A stretch of 64,000 nucleotides of DNA from positions 69,364-133,363 of the forward strand of contig CBFFRQ010000016.1 in NCBI GenBank assembly GCA_965644315.1. Direction: 5' to 3'. A program made the translations under genes and the position numbers. Positions 32,049 through 43,333 of this stretch are shown here, piece after piece. How positions within the stretch are numbered: the stretch's first letter is position 1; every line of letters starts with the position of its first letter. The stretch comes from Caecitellus pseudoparvulus. Taxonomy: Eukaryota; Protista; Bigyra: Bicosoecida. The notes under the pieces were generated by a model. The model made no database searches and was not told the origin of the DNA. It worked only from the letters and a program-made list of their open reading frames with translations.

Positions 32049-33396
32049 ATGGGGCTTGGAGGGCGAGGAAGGCGAGCAGGGGGGCGTCGGGCTGGTGGAC
32101 GCCATGGCAGCCACCAGCACCACCCTTTTGGGCACCACCACCCATTCTCGCACTCAAGCGGTGGCACAAGCACACTTCGGAGCAGGGGCACAAGGTCAGG
32201 GACGCTCCCAATGCACACATGGCAATGTGGCAAAAACGAAGTCATTGACTACTGGCGGTATCCTGCCTACGGCCTGGCTGCCATTCCTCTCATCGCATTT
32301 ATCATCATTATGGCAGTGAACGGGGGCGTGCCGCTGGGTGGCGAGGCCTGGAAGGAGGCCAACTGGGGCGAGGCAGATTGCACCGTAGAAACCAAAGCAG
32401 GAGCGGGCAGCAGTTTCTTCGGACCTGGTAAGTGTTTGCCTTGCACTGCACAACCCCCTCCGGCTGCTCCGTGCACTGCAACCTCCCCTCGCTCGGCAAC
32501 CCACAGTGACAAAGTTCAGGTATTCTGTGTTGTACGCACCATCCGATTTTATCAAATGGCAGGAGGCTGTAGATTCAAGCACTTCATCTTGTACATCCCC
32601 AGTGAATAGCGATTTGCGCGTGTCAGGTACGGCGTGCTCCCTGGAGGGAGTGTGCCTGAAGGGTTGTAAAGGTTGTCCGACCGCCTGCAACGACATCGGC
32701 GGGGATGTCATCATCACCGACTGCCCGGTGCTGCGCAGCCCCTTTGACACCACTGCATTCACCAACTGCATGCCGTACGAGGGCGACAACGTAGAGGCGA
32801 GCGGCCAGACGTGCTGGTATGCCAAGCAGAACCCGGCGTACGTCACGTACGACGACCCCATCCTGTTGGCCTCCACGCCACCCTTCATTGGGTGGATCGT
32901 CAGCCTCGTCTTTACCATTGTGGCAGTTATCACTGTTGTTGTCCTGGAAGTCTTGGCTCGCGTGGTGAAGCCCCCCTGCTGTGTGCGCGAGGAGCCCAAG
33001 CCACAAGCCCCAAGCACTCCCTTGGATGATGCAGCACGGTCAGAAGCCCTGTCTCGGGCACTGGGCAACGCTGTGCAGTCCTTGACACCCATCGCAGTGC
33101 AGACCATGACCTCTCCGGCACAGGCAGGAGGGGTTGGCTTTGGTGCTGCCGCTGTCAGCCCAGCCTTCCCTCAGCCACAGCACCAGCCGCAGCAGGCGCC
33201 GATGCCGCAGCCTGCACCGGCCCCAGCTCCAGTCCCTGCACCAGCGCCAGCGCCATCGTACACGGGCTACAGTGCTGCACCTCCGTCGTACTCTGCCACG
33301 CCAGCCGTGGGTGCTGCCATGCAGCCCAGCTACCCGTCGTACCCAGCATATCCAGGCATGTCTCCTCCTGGCTACTCGAGCACTCCTGGATACTGA
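32049..33396 (+). CDS. Two-TM protein with Cys-rich loop (BK-beta/DUF3592-like topology) and P/Y-rich tail; intron 32428-32506
   Basis: TM1, then WGEADCTV...Cys-rich loop...TCWYAKQNP, then TM2. GTAAGT...CAG intron joins the two ORFs in phase. Confidence 0.6.
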
Positions 33397-33640
33397 TGTG
33401 GGTGGTGTACACAAGCAAGTATCGATAAGGTGCACAACAGGTGCGCCTCTTCGCTGGCTGCTCAGCAGAGCTTGGCGGCGCGCATACAGCGTGCCAGCCA
33501 CCGGGCCGTCACCACCCCGCGCAAAAGTCCGCTGGGAATCAAACCACACAGCCCGCGCTGCCTCATTTCTTCGGCCCTGAAGCAGCCTCTGCGTACTTGG
33601 TGCACTGTGCATTGCTGCTACAGGCAGTTACACTGTAAAA

Positions 33641-34960
33641 ATGAAGTCGCTGTCCTCCATGGAGCTGAGCATCCTTGCCATAGCGCTGACACTGGTAGTG
33701 GCAGCTGCGGCAATTGCATGCGGAGTTTGGGCGTCCACATGGCTTCATCCGCATGGAAAGCCTCTATGGTTGAGTGCTGCAAGCACTTGTGCGGGTGGTG
33801 TTTTGATTTCGGCGGCAGTGGTGCATTTGCTGGGCGATAGCGCGACAGACCCTGATGTTCTCGCTCTCACGTGAGCAGCAGCGCGTGCGCTGGAGCGCAC
33901 TGCTTTCTCGCCAGCGCAGCACGGCAGCTGCGACGCCCCCCACAGGCCTTTCCCCGTGTCCATGGCATCCTTCTGCACGGGGTTCATCCTGATCATGGTC
34001 ATGGAGGCCGTGGCGCACGCCATGATGCGCAGCGCTGTGTCCCCTGCAGCCGCAGACGTGCTCACCACCACTACGGCCAAACGTCACACTGACACGGACT
34101 CAGGCTCGGACCCCAGCGTGAACAGCCCTGCCGCGCCAAGCAGTGCCACAGCCCTCATGGCAGAGCCCTCGGCCGCCCCCCACAAACCCTGGCAAACCTG
34201 CACTTCCTCCGGCACACGCTTGTGCACGTGTGGCTCCTGGTGCAGCCGTGCTGCCCTGGGTGCTGGCGCCGCTGCCGCCTCCCTCAGCCTGCATTCCATC
34301 ATCGCCGGCATCGGCATGGGTGCAACTCAGGACACAGGACAGCAGGCAGACCTCCTGCTGGCTGTGCTGGCCCACAAGGGGCTGGCTGCCTTCAGCCTGG
34401 CCCTGCTCGCGTCCACCCTGCGCCCCCGCCTGCGGGCCCTGCTGCTGGGCATCTTCACACTGTCCACGCCACTGGGCATCTGCATCGGCATGGGCATTGC
34501 GTCTGCGGCGGAGGACACAGCTGTCATCCCCCTTGTCATCGCCTTCGCATCAGGCACCATCCTGTACACGGGCGCCTTTGAAATCGTGCAACCTGAGCTC
34601 GTACCCGAGGCAGCTAGCGGGGAAGAGGGGGGGCACGAAGGCCTTCTCATCGCGGCACTAGCCCCCATGGCAGCCTCCACACCCCGCCTGCCGCATTGGA
34701 GTGGCGTGGGGGATGCGTATGTCCCCTTGGCAGGCCGGCCTCGTTCTGCATCGGCTGGGCACTCGCCCGGCGCCCTGCCCCTGACTCACCAAGACATAGC
34801 TGACTCAAGTGCACCGGCACCAAGTGCGGGAGGGGAAGGCACCGTGCCCCCCCCTCCCTGCTCCACCCACGTACACCCGCCTCTGTGGCACCTGGCTGTG
34901 AAGGTGCTCAGCATGTGCGCTGGCTTCGCTGGCATGAGCTCCTTGGCCCTGTGGGTGTGA
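33641..34960 (+). CDS. ZIP-family zinc/iron transporter; intron 33871-33945
   Basis: AGGVLISAAVVHLL, LSLHSIIAGIGMG, LAHKGLAAFSL, STPLGICIG, ASGTILY. Confidence 0.92.
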
Positions 34961-35003
34961 GGGAATGCATTCAAAGGGGCGCGCAGCCCCCCCCCCTCCT
35001 CCT

Positions 35004-38000
35004 CTACGCAAACTCCAGCATTTGGTCGAACTGCTCCTCCGAGGCCGCCCGCACCTCCGGGCTCCAGTGCGCCCTGTTCGCCACTAGCGCCCGCGTGACG
35101 GCTTGCTGGGTGCCCCGTGAAGGCAGGATGTAGTACAGCCGGACGTACATGTTGGAGATGAGGTCCAGTGCGCCCCGCGCCACGGCAGCGTGGTCCGACG
35201 TCAAGCACTCGATGATGCGGTACACCAGGCTGCGCATGAGGGCGCGCTGGCCTGTGACGAGGGGGGCTGGGCACGCTAGCATGACGGTCTGGGTCAGGCG
35301 CAGCCAGGACACTTCCCGCCCTGCATCCTTGCGGGGCCAGGCGGCCAGGAAGCGGTGCAGGAGCACCAGCGCGATGTGAGGTCGCGGCGGCACCATGGAA
35401 GACACGACCTCACACAGCACCTCGAAGTGCTCGTCCAGCAACGGCCGTGTCCGCGCCGCGTTGACAAAGGCACGTGCCAGCAGCTCCAGCTGCGCCGTGA
35501 GCCAGGTGGAGGTGCCAGGGGGTGCTGATGGCGTCAGGTTCTGGCACTCCCGAGACACGGTGCGGGTGCAGAAGGAAAGCAGGTCCACGAGGTAGCCGCC
35601 GTCGCCGATGCCGCCCACGATGCGGCGACCGCCCATGCGCCCCGCAGCGGCAGCCTCAGCCTCCAGCACCACGGCGTGGCGAAAGCGCCTGCGGTTTTTG
35701 AGGTCACGCAGGAATGTCTCCAGGTGGTCTGCCGACACCTCTGCGAGGGCCTTGGTGATCCACAGGCGGTACACGGGCAGCTTGAGGAAGGCCGCGCGCA
35801 GGGCACAGTAGCGCTGGGACGGCAGGTGGGGCGGGTCGTCCACCAGCTCCCACATCCACCGGCACAGCACGCGCTGACCGAAGGCCTCCCAGAAGGCCTT
35901 GGTGGGGGCCCAGTACCCCACTGGGGCGGGGGGGCTGGGCGCTGGGGTGCTGCGTGCTGCGCCCTCGGCCGTGTCCCCCCCCCGCGAGGGACAAAAGGGT
36001 GTGCCGGGCGTGTCGTTCCAGTCGTGCTGCCCCTGCTGTGCTGCGTTGGAGGAGCCGCTGTCCAGGAGGGTGGGGCGCAAGGCAGCCAGTGGGCCGGGGG
36101 GGGTGGACCCCCCCTCATCCCGTGCCGCCTCGGCGCCTGGGGGGGGCGCCATCATCTCGGCCAGCACGGAGCCGGGGGAGGGACCCGTGCCGGAGGGGGG
36201 GTCCAGCGCAAGCGGAGGGGGGGTCCCCACCCCCTCCGCCTCCGCCAGCGCCCCCCCATCCTCCATCGCGCTGCTGTCCAGGCTGACACTGCGGGCGCGG
36301 CGGCGGATTGCGGGGGGGGGCGACAGCCCGCCGCTGGACACGGTGCCCCCCCCCGCCGAGCTGCCGCCTGGGCTGCCAGTGGCAGAGCTGGTGACACTGC
36401 TGACGTCATCAGGGGGGGACAGGGGGGAGGTGGGCGGGGACCGCGCCGCCTGCACGGCAGGAGCCGCCGTCCCCTGTGTGTCCCCTCCCCCCGGCGCGGG
36501 GCTGGCGAAGTGCAGGGTGGGGGAGGGGGGGGGTCTGCTGCCTGCCAGACGGGGCGGTGACCCCCCCTCCCCGACACCCGTACCTCCCCCGCCATGGCCC
36601 AACAAGGCAGAAGGAGGAGACATGGTCCAGGTCTTGGGGGGGCTGTCCCCCCCTCCACCCCCCCCCCCACTGCGCTGGGCCAGGCTGCCGAATGTGCCTG
36701 GTGAGGAAAGGGCTCGGCCCAGGGACAGGTGCCCTGGTGAGGCGGAGAGGCTGGACTGGTAGGGGGAGGCGAAGAGTGGGGGGGAGAGGGGGGTACCGCG
36801 CACAGCTGCCAGCTGCAGGGAGGGCAGTGGGGCGCCGTCTCCTGTGGTGTTGGGGGAAGTGGAGGGTGGGCCCATGCCACCCCTTCGTTCAGGGGGGCTG
36901 AAGGAAGAGGGGGGCGAGGAACCCCCCCCTTCACCCACTCCCCCCTGCAGCACAGCGGAGGCGGAGGCTGCGCGCATGAGGGGCGGGCAGCCCTGTGAGG
37001 GGGGGGCTGGGCCACTGGCAGCAGGGGTTGGCGCGGCGGCTGCGTCCGTCGCGCGTGTGGCGGCGGGTGGAGGGAGCAGCGTGCCGCCGCCGCGCCCGCC
37101 ACCCCCCGCTGAGTGTGCCGTCATGGAGAGGGGGGAGGGGGTGTGGGGGCCCCCCCCTCCGAAGCCGAAGCTGGCCAGTGCAGAGGAGGTGGCATCGGGT
37201 GACAGGCTGGAGACACGCTGGGCGGCGTCGGGGAAGAGGGGGAGGGGGCGGGTGTCCAGGGTGGGCGCGCGGGACCCCCCCTCCTCCGCTGTCGGCAGGG
37301 GGGGTGTGCGGTGTGTCTCAGTGTCGGCAGACTCGTCTTGGTCGTGCAGGGGGGGGGTGCACCCCCCCTCCTCCAGGGACGCAGGGGAGTCCAGGCCCCC
37401 CTCATCCTCCTCCTCCACATGCCCCCCTCCCAGTGGGACGTGGAGAGGCGGAGGGGGGGTGCCGCCCCTGTCTGACGCCCCCCCTTGTCCAGCCAGCGCT
37501 GAAGGGGGCGGGGAAGGGGCCTGCTCCCCCTCTGGCGACCCAGCGGTGGGGCCTGGGGAGACGGAGGCGGGGGGTGGTGACTCCCCACCCCGGCCTGGGG
37601 CGCGGACAAAATGGACGAATGACGTCAGGGGCGTGAGGTCGCTAAACTCCGCAGCGAGGAAGTGGCGCATGGCGGCGAAGGCGGAGGACTGCCGTCCCCG
37701 CCGGCCCCCCGAGCTGAAGGGGTCGTAGCCCCCCCCCATACACCCCTCGTCCCCCCCCTCGTCGCTGGACGCGCCGTCCCCCTCCTCCTCCCCCGTGTCC
37801 CCCCTGCCCCCGCACGATGCCGTCCGGGAACAGTGTGCTCAGCATGGCGCTAGTGAGGGTGCCTGCCGCCATCATGCGGTCAGCGGGGCGGCCTGCGTCC
37901 AGGATCGGACCACCCCCCCCTCCACCTGCCCCTGCACCCCCCCCCTCCTCCGGGGCATCATCCCGCACAGCAGGCGCCGAGGAAGGCACCGCCCCCCCCT

Positions 38001-39231
38001 GCGGCACCACGTGCTGCACGATACCGCTGGCCATTTCCAGGGGCGTGCTGCTGCCGCCGCCCTCCTCGTCTGATGCGTTTCGCGGCTGCGGCACCCGTAG
38101 TGTGGGTGTGGCCATGCCGGCGGGGCGCTGCCGAGCTGGAGGGGGGGCGGAGGGGGGTGTGTACCCCCCTTCCCTCTCACTCAGGGTGACAGCTGCAGGA
38201 GGGGTGTCTGGGCGCGGCGTGACGGCTGCCTGAGGGGGGGGGCTGGTGTCACCCCCCCCCTCTTCGTCGCTGCCCCCCCCCGCCGCCTTGGGGTCTGAGG
38301 GGGTGCGGGAGGTGGACAGGGGCGAGGGCGCGCCTGCCTCGACCCCCCCCTCCACCCCCTTGGACTGACTCCGACGCCACTGGCGCCGACCCCGGCGGAG
38401 CGTGGGCAAGCTGCGCAGGGGGGGGGTGGCGTCTGACGCTCGCCCCACCCGCTGGCCTGGCGAACGTGATGCGGTGGTGATGGCGCCCTGCGGCCCCACG
38501 AACCAGTCCGACAGGCTGGCCAGGGAGGGCGGCGCATACACGTTGGCGGCGTTCCACACGCCGCCCAGTGTCGGCACGTCAGGTGTGGAGGGGGCGGCAG
38601 AGGACGCTGAGCCAGAGCGCCCCCGTGGGGGTGTGCCTGCCTCGCCGCCCTCCGTGCTCAGCACAGCTAAGGAGGCGCCAGGGCCACAATGGGGTGCATC
38701 TTCATGAGCTAGGATGGGGGTTGCCGCCCCCATGTCGCTGCCCCCTGCAATGCCAGGGCTGCCGAGTGACTTGGAGGAAACGCCGCCGCCCTCACCGCTG
38801 CTCTGGCTGCCGCCATCGGCAGCGGCCGTGCCAATGTCCACCTGGAAGTTGAAGTGGTCTGCTTGATCTCGCAGTGCAGCGCGCCTGGCGTGGGCGGCAG
38901 CTGCGCTGCGGCTGTGCTGCGAGAACCGCCCGCCGCCAATGGCTCGAGCAAAGCGGCCGCCGCCTCGCCTGCCTCGTCGACGGCCTGGCGCCTGGCGAGG
39001 CTTGAATGCCGCAGGCAGGTAGTCCGCGTGGTCCACCTTCTTCTTGCTGTGTGGGTGCGGGGCCAAGTGTGCACACGGCGCCGAGAAGAGGCGAAGGCCC
39101 AGCGCCGCTGCCTGGCATGAGCACCTGGAGCTGCCATGTTCGGCGTTTCGTCAGCGAAATGCCATGAAACCCCGACGCAAAATGACCACGCACCTTGCCA
39201 CGAGGCGCTTGCCAACCATAGAGCTGGACAT
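35004..39231 (-). CDS. PP2A B56 (B')-like protein with very long low-complexity N-terminus; intron 39047-39193; apparent 1-nt frameshift near 37800
   Basis: C-terminal LAAWPRKDAGREVSWL, IIECLTSDHAAVARGAL and HWSPEV match B56 HEAT motifs. Two long ORFs of the same composition overlap in a G-run region. Confidence 0.65.
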
Positions 39232-39491
39232 GACTGCTGTGTGACTTCGGCCAACCCTTCAAACCAATTCTAAATGGGCTCGTGGCTGCCAGCCACTGGG
39301 CCCTGCTTCGCCTCAGCCCGAACGGTGCTTGGCAGCGTTGCAGGCTTTCTCAGCATAGAGGCCCCAGCAGCGCGGCCTTGCCGGTCGCAGAGAGCGCAAC
39401 TAACATGAGTTGACGTGTTCATGGCGCGCCCGCAGTCCAGGGCGAGAGCAATGGGCACGGTGCCGGAGATTTGGTGCCGGCCCTGACGTGA

Positions 39492-39501
39492 CAATTTCCG
39501 C
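39492..39501 (+). promoter_or_regulatory. CAATTTCCGC upstream element
   Basis: Perfect copy in the divergent promoter between the B56-like gene and C9orf78. Confidence 0.6.
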
Positions 39502-39676
39502 GTGGGGCCTGGACCCCCCCCCTCGCAGCAGCCAGAGAGACAAGAGTCCACAATTCCATTCACCACAAAAGCATGGGTGGAAATGGCTCTGGAGCAGAGG
39601 CTCATTCTGCGGGGTTGGGCAGTTCCATCGGCACGGGTGACACCAACGCCAGCTGAGTGCGGTAATTGAGCTGGGC

Positions 39677-40692
39677 ATGTCTGACACTGGCTCGCCCCCT
39701 GGCGAGGGCGCGGCGCAGACGCCAGCCGTGCCCTCCTTCGGAAAGGTGGCACGAAAGGGGAAACGCAAGGGTGTGAAACGCAGGCGGGCCACTGGTGCGC
39801 TCCCTGCCACGCACGCCTGCACGGCTTGCATACAGCACCAATCCCTTGCTGCTCCGCACAGAGCCAGAGGAAGAGCTGGATGCGGGGCCGGCTGATGCCG
39901 TGGCCACCATTGCAGACATTCGAGAGGAACAAAAGGTGCCGTGCATGTGCAGCGGACCGCCCCTGCCGCCCCCCGTCATGCTCTGCCACCGCTCTTGCAC
40001 AGGCCCGGGTGCGCAGGCGAGGTGTGGACGGCACAGGCGCTGACGCAGCGACAAACCCCATCACTGCCGCCGCAGCAGCCAAGGCGAAGCGAGAGGCTGC
40101 AGCGGCGTCCAAGGCAGCCGCAGCCGCCGCCTCTGCCCCCGCAGCTGGCGTTTCCGCCGCCACACTGGCCGAAGTGTCACAGCAAGCAGCGAAGATGGAC
40201 CCGCTGCTCAAGGGCGGTTTCCGCGTTGAAACGCACAAGAAAGTGGACCTGGACGCCGACGATAACCCGCTCATGGCAGCGTATGTGGCTGAGCGCCTGG
40301 CAGAGATCAAGGGCACCGCACCGAGTGACTCCGCCCAGTCGGGTGCAACGCCAGCTGACTCGGCTGGCGCTGACGCCGACATGTACGCCCTGCCACCTGC
40401 CGCTGCAGCAGCCGTCGCGGCAGCAGCAGCTGTGAAGCCAGCTGCTCCAGCCCACGCTGGCCCGCTGTACATGAACATGGGGTTGGCGGAGGTGCAGCTG
40501 CCGCAGTCCTTTGCCGACGCCAACGCAGCAGCCACGCGTGCTGCGTTGGAGCAGCAGATGCAGCAGGGCGTACCAAGCCCCTCTAGCACGGCGCCGAGGG
40601 GCGGCTCCCTCACGGCGAATTACGCGTCCCAGGCGGCACAGTACGAGGCCGCCGCTGCCCGGCCCAAGCGCGTGCCCGGGTCCCATCCCTGA
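39677..40692 (+). CDS. C9orf78: C9orf78/Tls1/HCA59-like splicing factor; introns 39795-39861 and 39936-40002
   Basis: IREEQKARVRRRGV, LMAAYVAERL, MYALP and GLAEVQL follow the Hep_59 family pattern. Confidence 0.75.
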
Positions 40693-40804
40693 GCCAGCGA
40701 GGGGCGGGGTGGGCAGCGCACGCTGGACGCACAGTGCATTGCAGTGGCACAGAAATTACAACACGCCAGGGGCCGGCAGCAGAGGCCACGCTCCGGGCCG
40801 CAGC

Positions 40805-41760
40805 CTACACAATGCGCTCCAGCTCTGTTGCGTAGGCCAGCGTCTGGTGCATGACAGCCTGGGCGGGGATGGCGCCGGCAGAGCTGGTGCTGTCGGAATG
40901 AAAGATGACGCGATCACCCTCCACGCGCCACTCGGGCTGCTCCGCCGCGGCGTACTTCGCCACCGCCTCCGCTGAGGGCAGGTGCAGGCGCTGTGCGGCA
41001 GCCTGCAGGGTCATACTGGGATAGGCGGCGGCGGCACAGCTGGCCGCCTCGCCTCGGGCCGTGTCTTGCAGGGCCTGCACGAAGGGCGCGTAGAGGGGAG
41101 ACGGCAACGCTCCGTCTCCCGCTCCGGCTGCCTTGCCGAAGTAGCCCTGCTGCAGCGCCTGCTGCAGCTCCAGGGGAAACGCCACCAGGGGCGATGCTGT
41201 GTCGGTGTCATCCAACAGCTCCAGCTCCACATGGAACACGTCAAGCTTGTTCTCCACCAACAGACGCAGCAGGTTCAGTCCCAAGATCAGCGCGCGCTGC
41301 GTGGAGGGCGTCACCTTGTCCCTGGAGAAGGAGAGGGGTGGTGGACACAGGTGCCACCAACAGGCCGGCGGCATACTGACGTGCGCTGGGCACGCACTTG
41401 AGCGCAGCGTAGAATGGCCGGAGTTGGGCAAAGTGCTTCTCGAACTCCTCGGATGATCCCTTCTTCGTGCTGAGAATGCACGCAGCTTCGAAGGTGTCCC
41501 CTGCGCATCGACGGCAGGCCAACCATGTACGGCGTGTCACGGTGAAACGCCAGTGGCGGGGTGCACGCACGAGCCACCTGCATCTCTTGGGCAGCGGTGC
41601 TGCTCTGGGCCAGAGTGGGCGGAAGGGAGGGAAACGACATCAAAGCCACCTTCAGCTGCACGAGGGCCTCCTCTGCTGCCGGGAAGTTTCCGGAGTTCAC
41701 GGCATCCTGCAGCTGGCTCAGCAAGCCCGCTGCTTGAGCCACGCCAACGGTAGACGCCAT
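40805..41760 (-). CDS. RPN12: 26S proteasome lid subunit RPN12/PSMD8; introns 41501-41570 and 41322-41397
   Basis: FEKHFAQLRPFY, ILGLNLLRLLVENKLDVFHVELE, C-terminal YATELERIV. Confidence 0.95.
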
Positions 41761-42064
41761 GCTGCCTGGGCTGTGTGGGCGAGGACTGAGGAATCTGACG
41801 TAGTTCCGAGCACGTGCAAGTTGTGATGGGTTTCCGTTGTCGTGGTAAATGGTTGTGCATCCTTCCGCTGACTGCTCCGAAGTTCGACAGTGGGGAAGGA
41901 AGACCTGCGTGGTCTGCCGTGCACCACGCAGCGTTCGGGACAGCGCTGCGCATGGTGCCACAAAATGAATCACCCAGGGGAACCTCGTAGCCAGTCAGAG
42001 GTGGCGTGTGCAGCTCTACTTTCCTCGGCAGCCAGCCCGACCACGCCTTCCCTTGTGCACCACC

Positions 42065-43183
42065 ATGCCGTTGCTGACCATCATCGCCCGTGTCACAGAT
42101 GGACTGCCGCTCGTGCGTCCACTGCTGCCGCCTGCACCACATACACCCACAGGACAATTGTCCGATCCCTATGCAGGTGGCTTCGCAGCCCAGCAGTGGC
42201 AGCCAGGACCTGACAACGATGCGGGAACAGGTACGCAGCAAGCAGGCAGCGGACGGAAATTGAGAGGGAAACGCCAGACGCACGCTGCACCTGCGCAGGC
42301 ACGGCAAATCATCCGCAAGCTGAACCACCACTCGCCGTTGAAGATGGCCATTGATGCTGGTGACTACTACTTCTGGTGCGTTTGCCACCTGCTCCAGTGC
42401 CCTCCTTCCCTCTGCACGGCGCTGCTCTTGCCACGTGTGGCGCACGCAGCTACGTGATTGAGGATGGCATGTGCTACCTGACGTTGAACAAGCAGTCCTT
42501 CGCGCGGCGCCAGTGCTTCGCCTTCTTAGCGGCTGTTAAAGCAGAGTTTGTGCAGCACTTGCAAACGACGCATGGGGCCGGGTGCGTGCTCCCGCATCGC
42601 AACGCAGCAGGCGCACGAGTGCATCACTAGTCCACTCAAATCGCCTCTGCAGATGGCGCACCGCAGTCGACACCGTCGCACGGTCGTACAAGTTCATCCG
42701 CTTCGACAAAAACATCCAACAGATCGGGTGTGTTCCGCCTGCGCACTCCCTTGCAGCGCCAGCAGACGTCACTCCCCTGCGTTCTTCCTTGCTCAGGCGA
42801 GAGTACAGTGACCCCGACAAGCGCCCCGACGCACGGCTGGCGGAGGAGCTGGCAGACATCCACACCATCATGCAGCGCAACCTGCAGGAGGTGCTCAACC
42901 GCGGCGAGAAGCTCGAAAGTGAGTCTCGCGCCTGCCAGGAGTGCCCTAGCCCGTGGCTCGCACCGCCTGCCCACCCCCTCGCACAGCCACCAGCAAGATC
43001 ACTAGCCGGCTGAGGGACCAGAGCTCCAAGTACAAGTGGAACGCCACGCAGATGAACCGCATGGCCTGGCTCAGGCGCATGGCCCCCTGGGCAATCGGCG
43101 CCATCTTGCTGCTGGCAGTGCTGTATTGGAGGTTTGGCATGGGCAGTGCAGCTGAAGCGGCAGAATCTGCAGATGGGCAGTAG
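42065..43183 (+). CDS. SEC22: SEC22 longin R-SNARE; six short introns
   Basis: MPLLTIIARVTDGLPL, RSYKFIRFD, ELADIHTIMQRNLQEVLNRGEKLE, C-terminal TM. All seven exons join in phase. Confidence 0.95.
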
Positions 43184-43320
43184 ACCGCACCGGTGCACTT
43201 TCCGTGACAAGGGGTGCAGAGGAACGCCAACTTTAGACAGCCATCTGAGTTCCTGCATTGCTGCGCCTGTATAATTTCATTTGCGTTGTTTCAAGCGGCA
43301 CACTCACCTGCCTCGCTGCC

Positions 43321-43330
43321 CAATTTCCGC
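43321..43330 (+). promoter_or_regulatory. CAATTTCCGC upstream element
   Basis: Reads CAATTTCCGC-ACC-ATG at the AAA ATPase start. Confidence 0.65.
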
Positions 43331-43333
43331 ACC

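Noticed and set aside
31535-32319. Overlapping 230-aa ORFs in the divergent promoter region
   Set aside because: No motifs; better explained as GC-rich intergenic/5' sequence between the genes starting at 31223 (-) and 32049 (+).
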